From NCBI GenBank assembly GCA_963740085.1, contig CAVUCU010000005.1, positions 416,001 to 480,000 of the forward strand: DNA of 64,000 nt, read 5' to 3'. A program made the position numbers and the translations under genes. The notes under the pieces were generated by a model. It was not told the DNA's origin. It did no database searches and saw nothing but the letters and a program-made list of their open reading frames with translations. Every line of letters begins with the position of its first letter. Position 1 is the stretch's first letter. Of this stretch, positions 9,656 through 18,654 are shown piece by piece. This DNA is from Nitrospirota bacterium (GTDB taxonomy: Bacteria; Nitrospirota; UBA9217).

Positions 9656-10546
9656 TTATGTACCGGCAACAAGTCTCAGGAGTTCCTCGGCGGTTTCCTG
9701 ATTGATGCTGCCCTGGTCTCTTGCCACCGAAACTGTTTGTCTGGCCAGTTCTCTATAGAGGCTCGCCAGCTCCGGCGTCCTCTTTTGCATGGCATGCAGG
9801 TGATCACGCACGGTCTGCGCGTCTCCCCGCATGATCGGCCCGGTGAGCGCATCCGGTATCCCGAGGGTCTCAATATTATGAAGCGTCCCCCGGATGAGCG
9901 GCAGCACGGCCTTGAGCGCCTCATTTTTTTCAGCTCCCAGTGCCTGATAGAACTTCAGTCCGTAGTCAACAAGCGCCACAAAGTAGTTCGAGACCGCTAC
10001 CGCGCCCGCGTGGTAGAGTGCCGCTGAATCTTTATCCGGGCTCCACTTCGGCATCACGAGCTCGATACCGCCCAATGCTGCTACGACCTCTCTGGCAAGG
10101 ACCTGCGCTTCAGGGTCCGTTTCGATCCGGAAGTATGAACCGGGTAAGGTTTTAATGCCCTGCTCCCTGCTTGCGAGCGACTGGAGCGGATGGAGCACTG
10201 CCCGATGCGCCCCGGCAAGGCGTGCCGCATCCAGGAGATCAAGCGAATGGGCTCCGGACATATGTACGGCGAGCGAACCGGGCTTTAGACCGCCTCCTGA
10301 TGAGATCTTGTCGCAGGCATTCTTTATCGCCCCATCCGGTGTTGTGATGAAAACGATATCGGCCTTTGACGCTGCCTTCACCACATCCGTTGCCGGCTCT
10401 CCCGCCCCGATAAAGGTTGAGGCCTTTTCCGCCGATACCAGGGAACGCGCTGCGACCGCGGTCACCGTATACCCCGCCCGTTTGAGCAGAAAGCCCACAG
10501 CACTGCCGACACGACCGGCGCCTATGATGGCGATGGATCTTTTCAT
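9656..10546 (-). CDS. panG: Rossmann + DUF2520 protein, probable alternative ketopantoate reductase
   Basis: IIGAGRVG, HMSGA, HPLQS, LYHAGAV and LTGPIMRGD motifs; panB is nearby. Start moved to ATG 10546. Confidence 0.8.
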   Translation of the reverse strand: MKRSIAIIGAGRVGSAVGFLLKRAGYTVTAVAARSLVSAEKASTFIGAGEPATDVVKAASKADIVFITTPDGAIKNACDKISSGGGLKPGSLAVHMSGAHSLDLLDAARLAGAHRAVLHPLQSLASREQGIKTLPGSYFRIETDPEAQVLAREVVAALGGIELVMPKWSPDKDSAALYHAGAVAVSNYFVALVDYGLKFYQALGAEKNEALKAVLPLIRGTLHNIETLGIPDALTGPIMRGDAQTVRDHLHAMQKRTPELASLYRELARQTVSVARDQGSINQETAEELLRLVAGT

Positions 10547-10551
10547 CCGAA

Positions 10552-10626
10552 CCCCCTCGCCCCGGCCCTCTTCCACTCAGGGCGGAGGTTTCCCCCCTCC
10601 CAGCGGGAAGGGATTCAGTGAGTGGG
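10552..10626. repeat. REP-like CCCTC..CCCGGCCCTC / GGGAAGGG palindromic element
   Basis: Same family as 13262-13346. Confidence 0.6.
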
Positions 10627-10628
10627 CC

Positions 10629-11396
10629 TTACGGTATCAGCTTGTCCAGCACGGCAAAAAAGCTGGTAAGCGCCTTTGAATCAGACGGAAGCTGGATCAG
10701 CGGTTTGCCGTTCAGATCATATTGAAAGATCAGATCATCGGCCGGGACAAATCCCGCAAACTCCACACCCTGTTCGTCAATGACCTGCTGAAGCGTGTTG
10801 TCCTGATCACGCTCCTGGGTGCGGTTCACGATCAGGACCGAGCGTTTGACATTCAGGTTCAGCTCTTTTACCAGCTCGCCGATCCTGCCCGCGGTCATGA
10901 TGCCGCGCACAGAGGAGTCGCTGATGATGAGCAGCAGGTCCGTGTCCTGCGTCGTGCGGCGGGACAGATGCTCGAGACCGGCCTCATTGTCCATGACGGT
11001 AAAGGGATACGAATCGGCCAGCTTGTCCATGTACTTGCGGATGATGTTGTTCGCAGCGCAGTAGCAGCCGGAACCCTCGGGCCTTCCCATTACGAGCAGG
11101 TCGAAGCCCTTCGCCTCGATCAAGGCCTGCTGGATCTGGTAATCGAAGAGCTGCTCCATGCTCATTCCGCCCGGACGGGGCGCCGTGGACTTGATCGCTT
11201 CGAGAGAGGTCTCGCGAAGTTTGCCGACCGTGGCGTGGACCTTCACGCCGAGCACATCGTTCAGGTTCGCGTTTGCATCAGCGTCGACAGCCAGGATCGC
11301 GCCGCGCTTTTTTTCTTTCAAATATCGTATCGTCAAACCGCAGAGGCTTGTCTTGCCAGTGCCGCCCTTGCCTGCAACTGCTATGGTAAAACCCAT
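10629..11396 (-). CDS. cooC: CooC/AcsF-type nickel insertion ATPase
   Basis: AGKGGTGKT, GCYC and DNEAGLEHLSRRT motifs. Confidence 0.92.
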   Translation of the reverse strand: MGFTIAVAGKGGTGKTSLCGLTIRYLKEKKRGAILAVDADANANLNDVLGVKVHATVGKLRETSLEAIKSTAPRPGGMSMEQLFDYQIQQALIEAKGFDLLVMGRPEGSGCYCAANNIIRKYMDKLADSYPFTVMDNEAGLEHLSRRTTQDTDLLLIISDSSVRGIMTAGRIGELVKELNLNVKRSVLIVNRTQERDQDNTLQQVIDEQGVEFAGFVPADDLIFQYDLNGKPLIQLPSDSKALTSFFAVLDKLIP

Positions 11397-11404
11397 AAAA
11401 CACC

Positions 11405-11481
11405 TTCACCACAGAGGTCACAGAAAAAACTTGATAGAAAAATAGGTGCCGGCGACGTTACTCTGTGTTCTCTCTGGTTAA
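11405..11481. repeat. CACAGAG...CTCTGTG inverted repeat element
   Basis: ttcaccacagaggtcacaga...ctctgtgttctctctggttaa; the terminal TTAA overlaps the thyX stop codon. Confidence 0.7.
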
Positions 11482-12212
11482 TTATTCTTTTTCACTCCAA
11501 ACTTCTTCCTGACCTCTTCGATCTTGCCGCAGGACATCTTACCCTCGGGGCACGGCGCGTACAGACAGCCGGGACCGGATTTCCCGAAGATCGTCGGCGC
11601 CGCTTTTTTTACGTGGGCCAGCATGCGGTCCGCCATTTCCCGGATCTCCCACTGCGCCCGGTTGCAGCACCTGACGCGGAAGAAGTGCAGCAGCTCCCGC
11701 GCGTTCATCGTGACCACGATCTTCGTCTCAGCCGCGTTCGGCAGCAGATACCGCGCATCCTGCTGTCCGGCCTCACCCTTGTACCCGAGTTCCTCAAGCC
11801 GCGTGAGGACTTTCGTATAGTTCTCCTGGGCCTCGGCCATGCATTTTTTAAACTCTTGAACGAGCGCCGGATCCTGTTTGATGCTTGGCGGGATGAGGTA
11901 ATCGAACTGCTCTGCCTTCACATAGCGCTGGCTCTGCTGTGAGTATGAGGCCACGCGGTGGCGAACAAGCTGGTGAGAGCACGCCCGGGAGATGCCTTCG
12001 ATCCCGAAGGTAAACGAAACGTGCTCAATGGGAGAGAGGTGCCCGATTGACGCCAGCTTCTCCACAAAGGCCGCCTGGTCCCTGGCCTCGATCTTGTCTT
12101 TGAGCTCTTCAACACCTGACGGGCTATAGCACAACTTCGCTGCCATGGCCACGACTTCTTCGGGTCCCGGTGTATGCCGAAGGAGAACAACGTTCAATGA
12201 TGCTTCTGGCAT
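11478..12212 (-). CDS. thyX: FAD-dependent thymidylate synthase
   Basis: HQLVRHRVASYSQQSQRYV ThyX motif, DARYLLP and RAQWEIR. Start ATG 12212 follows AAGGAGGGG. Confidence 0.96.
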   Translation of the reverse strand: MPEASLNVVLLRHTPGPEEVVAMAAKLCYSPSGVEELKDKIEARDQAAFVEKLASIGHLSPIEHVSFTFGIEGISRACSHQLVRHRVASYSQQSQRYVKAEQFDYLIPPSIKQDPALVQEFKKCMAEAQENYTKVLTRLEELGYKGEAGQQDARYLLPNAAETKIVVTMNARELLHFFRVRCCNRAQWEIREMADRMLAHVKKAAPTIFGKSGPGCLYAPCPEGKMSCGKIEEVRKKFGVKKNN

Positions 12213-12292
12213 GCTGTCCCCTCCTTTCAGGAGCACCCTCGGGCACCCCATGCAATGAAAAAAAAGGGGGGACCGGATGCCAAGGGATGGTT

Positions 12293-12322
12293 ATTATAAC
12301 GAACAGCTATCTCACGAGTCAA
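12293..12322 (-). promoter_or_regulatory. sigma70-type promoter for thyX and downstream genes
   Basis: TTGACT-N18-TATAAT on the minus strand. Confidence 0.6.
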
Positions 12323-12377
12323 GAAAAATGGAGTGGTTACGAGAAATATTTTTTATTAACTTATAATATTCATTGAT

Positions 12378-12405
12378 AAAAAAACTGCCTCAATCAACAA
12401 GGCAG
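12378..12405 (-). terminator. Intrinsic terminator after panB
   Basis: CTGCCT-loop-AGGCAG followed by TTTTTTT. Confidence 0.7.
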
Positions 12406-12451
12406 CCGGACCTCTCCGCACAAAAGGTCTATTGGCAATTTCTTTGTTCTA

Positions 12452-13252
12452 TTATTTAAAACTATGTTCTTCTGAAGGGAATTTTCCGCTTTCAACATCC
12501 TGTTTATACTCTGTAACCGCTTTCAGCGCCAGGTCCTTCAGATTAGCGTACTTTTTGACGAACTTGGGCGTGAACCGGTCGAAGAGTCCTAAAAGATCAT
12601 GGAGAACAAGCACTTGACCATCGCAATCCACACCCGCGCCTATCCCAATGGTAGAAATATGGAGCATCTCATGGATTTCCTTTGCCAGGGAGGCAGGCAA
12701 GGCCTCAAGTACGATGGCGAAGGCGCCGGCGTCCTGCACTGCCCAGGCATCAGCAAGCACCTTTAACCGGGCAGCCTCATCCTTGCCTTGGACCTTAAAA
12801 CCGCCGAGGGCGTGCATGTATTGCGGGGTCAGGCCGATATGCGCCACGACCGGGATGCCCGCGGATACGATCGCCCTGATCACATCGGCCATCTGTGACC
12901 CGCCTTCCAGCTTCACGGCCTCCGCACCCGCCTCCTTCAAGAACCTGCCGGCATTCCTGACCGCCTCTTCACGGCTTGTTTGATAGGAAAGGAACGGCAT
13001 ATCACCGACGACCATTGCGGAAACGGTCCCCCGGCTGACCATCTTCGTATGATAGATCATCTCGTCCATGGTGACCGGCAGCGTGCTCGACACGCCCTGC
13101 ACCACCATGCCGAGAGAGTCCCCAACGAGGATCATGTCAATCCCCGCCTGGTCCACGATCTGGGCCGTGGGATAGTCATAGGCCGTAAGCATGGTGATCT
13201 TCTTTCCTTCGGCCTTTTTCTTATAGATGTCGAGAACGGTTGTTTTTGGCAT
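12452..13252 (-). CDS. panB: 3-methyl-2-oxobutanoate hydroxymethyltransferase
   Basis: [21 protein letters not shown] and TIGIGAG..CDGQVLV motifs. Confidence 0.97.
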   Translation of the reverse strand: MPKTTVLDIYKKKAEGKKITMLTAYDYPTAQIVDQAGIDMILVGDSLGMVVQGVSSTLPVTMDEMIYHTKMVSRGTVSAMVVGDMPFLSYQTSREEAVRNAGRFLKEAGAEAVKLEGGSQMADVIRAIVSAGIPVVAHIGLTPQYMHALGGFKVQGKDEAARLKVLADAWAVQDAGAFAIVLEALPASLAKEIHEMLHISTIGIGAGVDCDGQVLVLHDLLGLFDRFTPKFVKKYANLKDLALKAVTEYKQDVESGKFPSEEHSFK

Positions 13253-13261
13253 AGTTTTAGC

Positions 13262-13346
13262 TCCCCCTCACCTTCATCCTCTCCCCTTGGGAGAGGAAAA
13301 TTAAATAATCACCCTCTACCCTCCGGGAGAGGCCGGGGTGAGGGGC
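13262..13346. repeat. REP-like palindromic pair (CCCCTCACC...CTCTCCC / GGGAGAGG..GGGGTGAGGGG)
   Basis: Two inverted GC-rich units, followed by ccgcact heptamer repeats. Confidence 0.65.
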
Positions 13347-13380
13347 AATTCCGCACTCCGCACTCGCCAATCCGCACTTG

Positions 13381-14352
13381 CTACACTGCCGGCCTGGGAT
13401 ACAGCCCGGCTGCCTTCACGATCCCTTCGATAGCGCTTTCCCATTCGATAGCCTGGATATGTACGCCCCTGACACCCGGTGTTTCGAGGGCCTGGTGAAT
13501 AAGTTCGATCGTGATCTTGATGCCCTCCTGCTCCTGAAGTTCCCGGGCCTTCTTTTTATCCTCGCCGGCGGCTTCCTTGGCCTTGTTCATCCGGTCGATC
13601 AGGGCCTTCGGCACGGACACCCCGGCAACCGAGGCATCCATGTACTTCAGCATCATGGCGCTCTTCGGCACGATGATCCCGGCAAGGATCGCCGTGCGCT
13701 CGTGGAGACCCATGTTCCGGATCTTTGCCATCTGCCCGCGGAAAAGCTCCATATCATAAATGCCCTGGGTCTGGATGAAATCCGCGCCGGCATTCACTTT
13801 TTTCATGAGATTGATCGGCCTGAAGTCGATGGGGTCGGCCATCGGCGTCCAGGAAGCCCCGATAAAGAACTTCGGCGCCACTTCTATGGGATCGCCGCCA
13901 TCCTGCTTGCTCTCGTCGCGCATCTTCTTCATAATGCCGACAAGCTGGCACGTATCCACGTCGTAGACGTTCTTTGCGCCCGGGTGGCCCTTGAGCCTGC
14001 CTGCGGCGCTGAACTTCTGGTGATCGCCGGCGATGCAAAGACAGTTCTTAAGCCCGAGCGCAGCGCCCCCGAGAAGGTCGGCCTGAATGGCAATGCGGTT
14101 CCGGTCCCTGCAGGTCATCTGCATGACCGGCTCCAGACCTTGCTGGAAAGCGATGGCCGCTGCAGCGATGCTCGAGATGCGGACGACCGCGGTCTGGCAA
14201 TCCGTGATGTTCGCTGCGTCGCAGAAGCCCTTCAGCTGCTGCGCTTTTTTGATGACTTCATGGGGATCGGCGCTCATCGGAGGGCCAAGTTCCGCCGTCA
14301 CCGCAGGGTTGCCGCTGGCAAGTACTTTTTCAAGTGTGCTTCCGCTTTTCAT
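13381..14352 (-). CDS. metF: Methylenetetrahydrofolate reductase catalytic subunit
   Basis: TAELGPP, QMTCRDRNRIAIQ and KKVNAGADFIQTQ motifs. Confidence 0.95.
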   Translation of the reverse strand: MKSGSTLEKVLASGNPAVTAELGPPMSADPHEVIKKAQQLKGFCDAANITDCQTAVVRISSIAAAAIAFQQGLEPVMQMTCRDRNRIAIQADLLGGAALGLKNCLCIAGDHQKFSAAGRLKGHPGAKNVYDVDTCQLVGIMKKMRDESKQDGGDPIEVAPKFFIGASWTPMADPIDFRPINLMKKVNAGADFIQTQGIYDMELFRGQMAKIRNMGLHERTAILAGIIVPKSAMMLKYMDASVAGVSVPKALIDRMNKAKEAAGEDKKKARELQEQEGIKITIELIHQALETPGVRGVHIQAIEWESAIEGIVKAAGLYPRPAV

Positions 14353-14387
14353 TCTCCATGCCTCCTAAAGACAAAGGTCAAAATTTT

Positions 14388-14470
14388 TTTACCACAGAAT
14401 CGCGGAGGTCGCGGAGAACTGCTTAAAGCCTTGGAGCTTCTCTCCGTGTCTCTGTGTCTCCGTGGCGAAT
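14388..14470. repeat. CACAGA/CGCGGAG...CTCCGTG inverted repeat element
   Basis: ttaccacagaatcgcggaggtcgcggaga...tctccgtgtctctgtgtctccgtggcgaa; related to the 7607 and 11405 elements. Confidence 0.6.
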
Positions 14471-14471
14471 A

Positions 14472-15173
14472 TTACTTCCCTGCCTTCGCCTCTTCCTTTT
14501 CCTCGTACGCCCGTATGTGCTCCATTGATATCCTGCGCGGTCCGCCGTCTCGCGACGTGGACCAGTTGCGCGGAGGTATGACCGCAGAAAGTTTCTCAAG
14601 GGTGCCAAGCATCTTCATCCGTTCAACGATCAGGTACCAGGCGCAGTCCACGTCCTTGCTGATCTCGCACTTGCCTTTGTTCGTGCCGCCGCAGGGTCCG
14701 TTCATAAGCGTCTTGGCGCAGCGTGCGACAGGACAGATGCCGCCGGTCATGTGTACAATGCAGTCTCCGCATCCCGCACAAAGTTCCTTGAAAACGCCCG
14801 GCGCTTCGACAGCACCGTAGAAGGAGGTGTTGATGCCGGGATATACGGGGATCGTTCCGGTCCGGTCGGACAGGAAGTTCACGCCCACACCGCAGGCAGT
14901 GGAGAGCACGAGGTCGTACTTCTTCACCTCGTCCATCACCGGGTCAAAATACTCCGGCTCGCAGTGGCGCATCACGCCGAGGTGATTCACCGTCATCTGC
15001 TTTCCCTCCTGTGATGCCTTCATCCTGATGAGGGAAGCGATGGTCTCGGCCTCCTTCTCGCCGCCCGCATGGCAGATGGCCACGCAGGTGTTGCAGCCGA
15101 ACACCAGGACCTTTTTGAAGTCCTTCACCATGTCCCATATTTCTTCGATTGGTTTTTGCGATCCAACGATCAT
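14472..15173 (-). CDS. metV: MetV zinc-finger/Fe-S subunit of MTHFR
   Basis: GCNTC..CHAGG and CAGCGDC..TGGICPVARCAKTLMNGPCGG..GKCE...CAW motifs; directly upstream of metF. Confidence 0.92.
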   Translation of the reverse strand: MIVGSQKPIEEIWDMVKDFKKVLVFGCNTCVAICHAGGEKEAETIASLIRMKASQEGKQMTVNHLGVMRHCEPEYFDPVMDEVKKYDLVLSTACGVGVNFLSDRTGTIPVYPGINTSFYGAVEAPGVFKELCAGCGDCIVHMTGGICPVARCAKTLMNGPCGGTNKGKCEISKDVDCAWYLIVERMKMLGTLEKLSAVIPPRNWSTSRDGGPRRISMEHIRAYEEKEEAKAGK

Positions 15174-15213
15174 AGGTAATACTCCTTTATGAAAAGCTCA
15201 TTTGCATAAGCCG

Positions 15214-17310
15214 TTATTTACCGGCCCTCATGCCTATCTTCTTCACCCTCTCCGAAAACTCCGCGCACACCGCCCGGTAAGGATTACCTCCGTTGGTCAA
15301 GACCGCGGAGAGGATCTCCACCCGGCCGGGCTCGATCTTGAGCATGCCGAGCAGGTCCTGAACGCGCTTCACCCGAGCGTTCACGCGCGGAGCGATGTCC
15401 TTATACTTGCAGGTCCCGTCGTTGCAGCGCACTACCGCAACGCCGTCGGCACCGGACTCAAATGCCTTCAGCATGTCCAGGATATCGATCCTGCTCGTGC
15501 AGTGCACCGGTATGGTGCGCACGTTCTTTGGAAGATCGAGGCCGAGAATGCCTGCATGGTGCGTACACATAAGGGCGACAACAACCGGTTCCTGTCGTCC
15601 GGGGTCGACCGTGCCGATGAGAGCGGGCATCGTGTTTCTGATCTCCCGGACATCGTAGCTCACCATGCTGATGGCCTGGGCAGGACATTCCGGCGCGCAG
15701 AGGCCGCAGGCCTGGCAGTACTCGGGCCTGATCTCGGACACCGACGTCACGACCGGCGCGTCGTAGGGACAGATGCGCAGACAGGTGAGGCAAGCCATAC
15801 ATTTCTTCTGGTCCACCACCGCGCCGCCGCCGCAACTACGGCACCTGCCAGCTTCCTCGAGCGCCTCTTTCTCGGTAAAACCCTCTTCGAAATGCTCCAT
15901 GGTCTTGACGCGGACCTCGGGGGCAAGATGCCTGATCTTCATGCGCGGCTGTTTGGCGATCTTATCAACGACCTCCGACGGCATCTGCGCGATCTTTTCC
16001 TTTTCCTGCACGGGCAGCCTGCCCTCGATGGTCTCCCCTTGAATGAAGAGATGCATTGCCAGGGCGGCCCGGCGTCCATTCGCGACAGCGGCGATCGCCG
16101 AGCCGGGGCCGGTCACGACCTCGCCTGCGACGAAGATGTTTCTGCCCGTGCTCATCTGGGTCGCCTGGTTCCAGGTGACACGGCCTTTGTCCATCTTCAC
16201 CGAACTGTCATTGAACAGATCGTTCTTAGACATCTGACCGATCGTTATGATGATCGTCTCAGCCTTCAGCACGGTAGTCACGCTGTTGTCGAATGTCGGT
16301 GCAAAGCGCTTGTTCGAGTCGAAAACGGACAGGACCTTCGTGACTTCGAGGCCCACGACCTTGCCGTTCTCGCGGACAACTGCCTTTGGTCCCCAGCGGT
16401 AATTGATCTTGATCGCCTCTTCAACAGCCTCGTCAACTTCCCATTTCCAGGCAGGGATCTCCTCTTCATTCTCAAGACAGACCATCTCGACGTTCTGAAC
16501 GCCAAGCCTGCGGGCCGAGCGGGCAACGTCCATGGCTACATTGCCGCCGCCGATCACCAGCACTTTTTTGCCGAGCGCCGGCTTGCGGCCGAATGCGACA
16601 TCTTCCAAATAAGGAATAGCAAGCAGCACGCCGGGTCCTTCCACGCCGGGAATATTCAGCGAGCGGCTGAGGGAAAGGCCGATGGCCACGAGCACGGCAT
16701 CGTGCTTCTTGGCGAGATCATCGAGCCTCGCGTCTTTGCCGACTTCGAAGTTCGTCTTGACCTCAACGCCTTTGGAAATAACGTCATCGATATCTTCTTT
16801 CAGCACTTCTCTGGGCAAACGGTAGGGAGGGATCGCGGCCGCGAGCATGCCTCCGAGGACCGGATGCTTCTCATAAAGCGTGACGTTGTAGCCGAGGTCC
16901 GCGAGGTCCCGTGCCGCGGTCAGGCCCGAAGGGCCGGAGCCGATAATGCCGATGCTCTTGCCCCTGGTCTTCTGGACAAGTTTTCGCCTGGCGCGCCGAT
17001 AGTCCTTGGACTTCTCAATGGCAAACCGCTTCAAATGCCGGACCGCCAGCGGCTCGTCCACCCCGCAGCGCCTGCACGACTGCTCGCAGGGATGATGACA
17101 GATCATGGAGCAGACCGACGCGATCGGGTTCACCGACGTGATGACCTCGAAGGCCTCGGTATATTTGCCCTGGGCGATCAGACCCACATAGGCCTGAACG
17201 TCAGTATGCGCCGGGCATGCGGCACGGCACGGAGAATAGGGCCTTGTTTCCTTGATCGCAGCGCCGTAGGGCTGGTACGCTGTCGGTGCGCAGTTCGTTT
17301 CCGTTGCCAT
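15214..17310 (-). CDS. GltD/NfnB-like FAD/NAD(P) oxidoreductase fused to 2x[4Fe-4S] ferredoxin and MvhD/FlpD-like domains
   Basis: PCRAACPAH..CSMICHHPCEQSCRR, IGSGPSGL, IGGGNVAMD, EAGRCRSC, CMACLTCLRICP and CQACGLCAPECP; C-terminal LMC..VHCTSRID..AFESGADGV.VVRCNDGTCKY. Confidence 0.85.
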   Translation of the reverse strand: MATETNCAPTAYQPYGAAIKETRPYSPCRAACPAHTDVQAYVGLIAQGKYTEAFEVITSVNPIASVCSMICHHPCEQSCRRCGVDEPLAVRHLKRFAIEKSKDYRRARRKLVQKTRGKSIGIIGSGPSGLTAARDLADLGYNVTLYEKHPVLGGMLAAAIPPYRLPREVLKEDIDDVISKGVEVKTNFEVGKDARLDDLAKKHDAVLVAIGLSLSRSLNIPGVEGPGVLLAIPYLEDVAFGRKPALGKKVLVIGGGNVAMDVARSARRLGVQNVEMVCLENEEEIPAWKWEVDEAVEEAIKINYRWGPKAVVRENGKVVGLEVTKVLSVFDSNKRFAPTFDNSVTTVLKAETIIITIGQMSKNDLFNDSSVKMDKGRVTWNQATQMSTGRNIFVAGEVVTGPGSAIAAVANGRRAALAMHLFIQGETIEGRLPVQEKEKIAQMPSEVVDKIAKQPRMKIRHLAPEVRVKTMEHFEEGFTEKEALEEAGRCRSCGGGAVVDQKKCMACLTCLRICPYDAPVVTSVSEIRPEYCQACGLCAPECPAQAISMVSYDVREIRNTMPALIGTVDPGRQEPVVVALMCTHHAGILGLDLPKNVRTIPVHCTSRIDILDMLKAFESGADGVAVVRCNDGTCKYKDIAPRVNARVKRVQDLLGMLKIEPGRVEILSAVLTNGGNPYRAVCAEFSERVKKIGMRAGK

Positions 17311-17410
17311 TGGTCACTCCTAATAAAACGGATATGAGTCGATGCGTGAAAGCGTCGCTGCGAAACACCTCCCTGCGTGCACGCATACACGCATTTTCGC
17401 ATTCACGCGC

Positions 17411-17974
17411 TCACTCTTTCTTCGTCAACAGCTCGAGCATCTCCATGCGGGTGGATTCCTTGGTCCGGAAGGTGCCCCGCACCGCGGACGTGACCACCCT
17501 GGAGCCGGGCTTCTTCACTCCGCGCATGCTCATGCAGAGGTGCTCGGCATCGATAACCACCATCGCGCCCTTGGGCTTCAGGTGGCTCACGATCAGATCG
17601 ATGAACTGGGCCGTGAGCCGCTCCTGCACCTGGGGCCGTTTGGCAAAGACCTCCAGCGCCTTGGCAAGCGCGCTTATTCCCACGATCTTTCCAGCGCCCG
17701 GGATGTATGCGATGTGGGCCCTGCCGAAGAACGGCAGGAGATGATGCTCACAGACGGAATAAAAGGGGATATCGCGGATCATCACCATCTCATCATGGTT
17801 CTCGCCGGCCATGGGAGTAAGGAGTTTCTCGGTGTCCATGGAGATGCCCGTGAAGATCTCCCCATACATCTCAGCTACCCGCTTGGGTGTATCCTTGAGT
17901 CCCGGCCGGTCGGGGTTCTCGCCGATACCCTCGATGATGAGGCGAACGCCTTTTTCTATTTTTTTAGTATCCAT
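17411..17974 (-). CDS. folE: GTP cyclohydrolase I
   Basis: [23 protein letters not shown] and HLCMSMRGV motifs. Start moved to ATG 17974. Confidence 0.96.
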   Translation of the reverse strand: MDTKKIEKGVRLIIEGIGENPDRPGLKDTPKRVAEMYGEIFTGISMDTEKLLTPMAGENHDEMVMIRDIPFYSVCEHHLLPFFGRAHIAYIPGAGKIVGISALAKALEVFAKRPQVQERLTAQFIDLIVSHLKPKGAMVVIDAEHLCMSMRGVKKPGSRVVTSAVRGTFRTKESTRMEMLELLTKKE

Positions 17975-17985
17975 GCGTTTTAGAC

Positions 17986-18100
17986 AAATCCTAAATTCGA
18001 ATATCGAAATCCGAAATAAATCCAAGGCAGCGATATCTCAGGCTTTGAATTTTGGTCATTTGATATTGTTTAGAATTTCGTGCTTCGAATTCAGGATTTC
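17986..18100. repeat. Heptamer-based inverted repeat element (AAATCCT/AAATCCG family)
   Basis: caaatcctaaattcgaatatcgaaatccgaaa...tttagaatttcgtgcttcgaattcaggattt; contains the ygfA stop codon. Confidence 0.7.
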
Positions 18101-18645
18101 GCGTCTATGACCCTTTTCTCCGTCACGATCTTTATCACCGGCACGTCATGCGGATCCGTCGGGACCAGCGGAACGATCTGTGTGTCGAATGCCAGCGCCA
18201 CGGTCGTCTTCGTAAAAGAGCTCAGCAGCTTGTCGTAAAATCCGGCGCCATATCCCAACCGGTTGCCCCGCCCGTCAAAAGCCGCACCGGGCACAAGGAT
18301 GAGATCGATCTCGTCAAGTTCGACCGGGCTGTTCTCATGGGGCTCGGGAATGCCCCACGCTCCGGGAGCAACGTCATTGTCCCAGTCCGCGATCTCGTAC
18401 AGTGCAAGTTTGGCGCCGGTTACCTTCGGAAGGGCGACTCTCTTGCCAAAGGTCAATGCGCGCCGGATCATGGAACCCGTGTCCACTTCGCTCCGGAATG
18501 ATGCAAAGAACAGAACAATGCGCGCTGCCTTGAATTCAGGAAGAGAAAAGAGCCTTTCTTCGATCTCCAGGCTTTTCGCCGTTCGTTGTGCCGGCAGGAG
18601 GCTGTCCCTTGCGGCGAGCACCTTTTTTCTGATCTCTTTTTTCAA
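18091..18645 (-). CDS. ygfA: 5-formyltetrahydrofolate cyclo-ligase
   Basis: SEVDT, WGIPEP and LVPGAAFDGRGNRLGYGAGFYD motifs. Confidence 0.95.
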   Translation of the reverse strand: MKKEIRKKVLAARDSLLPAQRTAKSLEIEERLFSLPEFKAARIVLFFASFRSEVDTGSMIRRALTFGKRVALPKVTGAKLALYEIADWDNDVAPGAWGIPEPHENSPVELDEIDLILVPGAAFDGRGNRLGYGAGFYDKLLSSFTKTTVALAFDTQIVPLVPTDPHDVPVIKIVTEKRVIDAKS

Positions 18646-18654
18646 GTGAAGGAA

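Noticed and set aside
6147-18100. CRISPR array suggested by recurring short repeats
   Set aside because: The repeats are dispersed, degenerate and inverted, with no constant repeat-spacer period and no cas genes.
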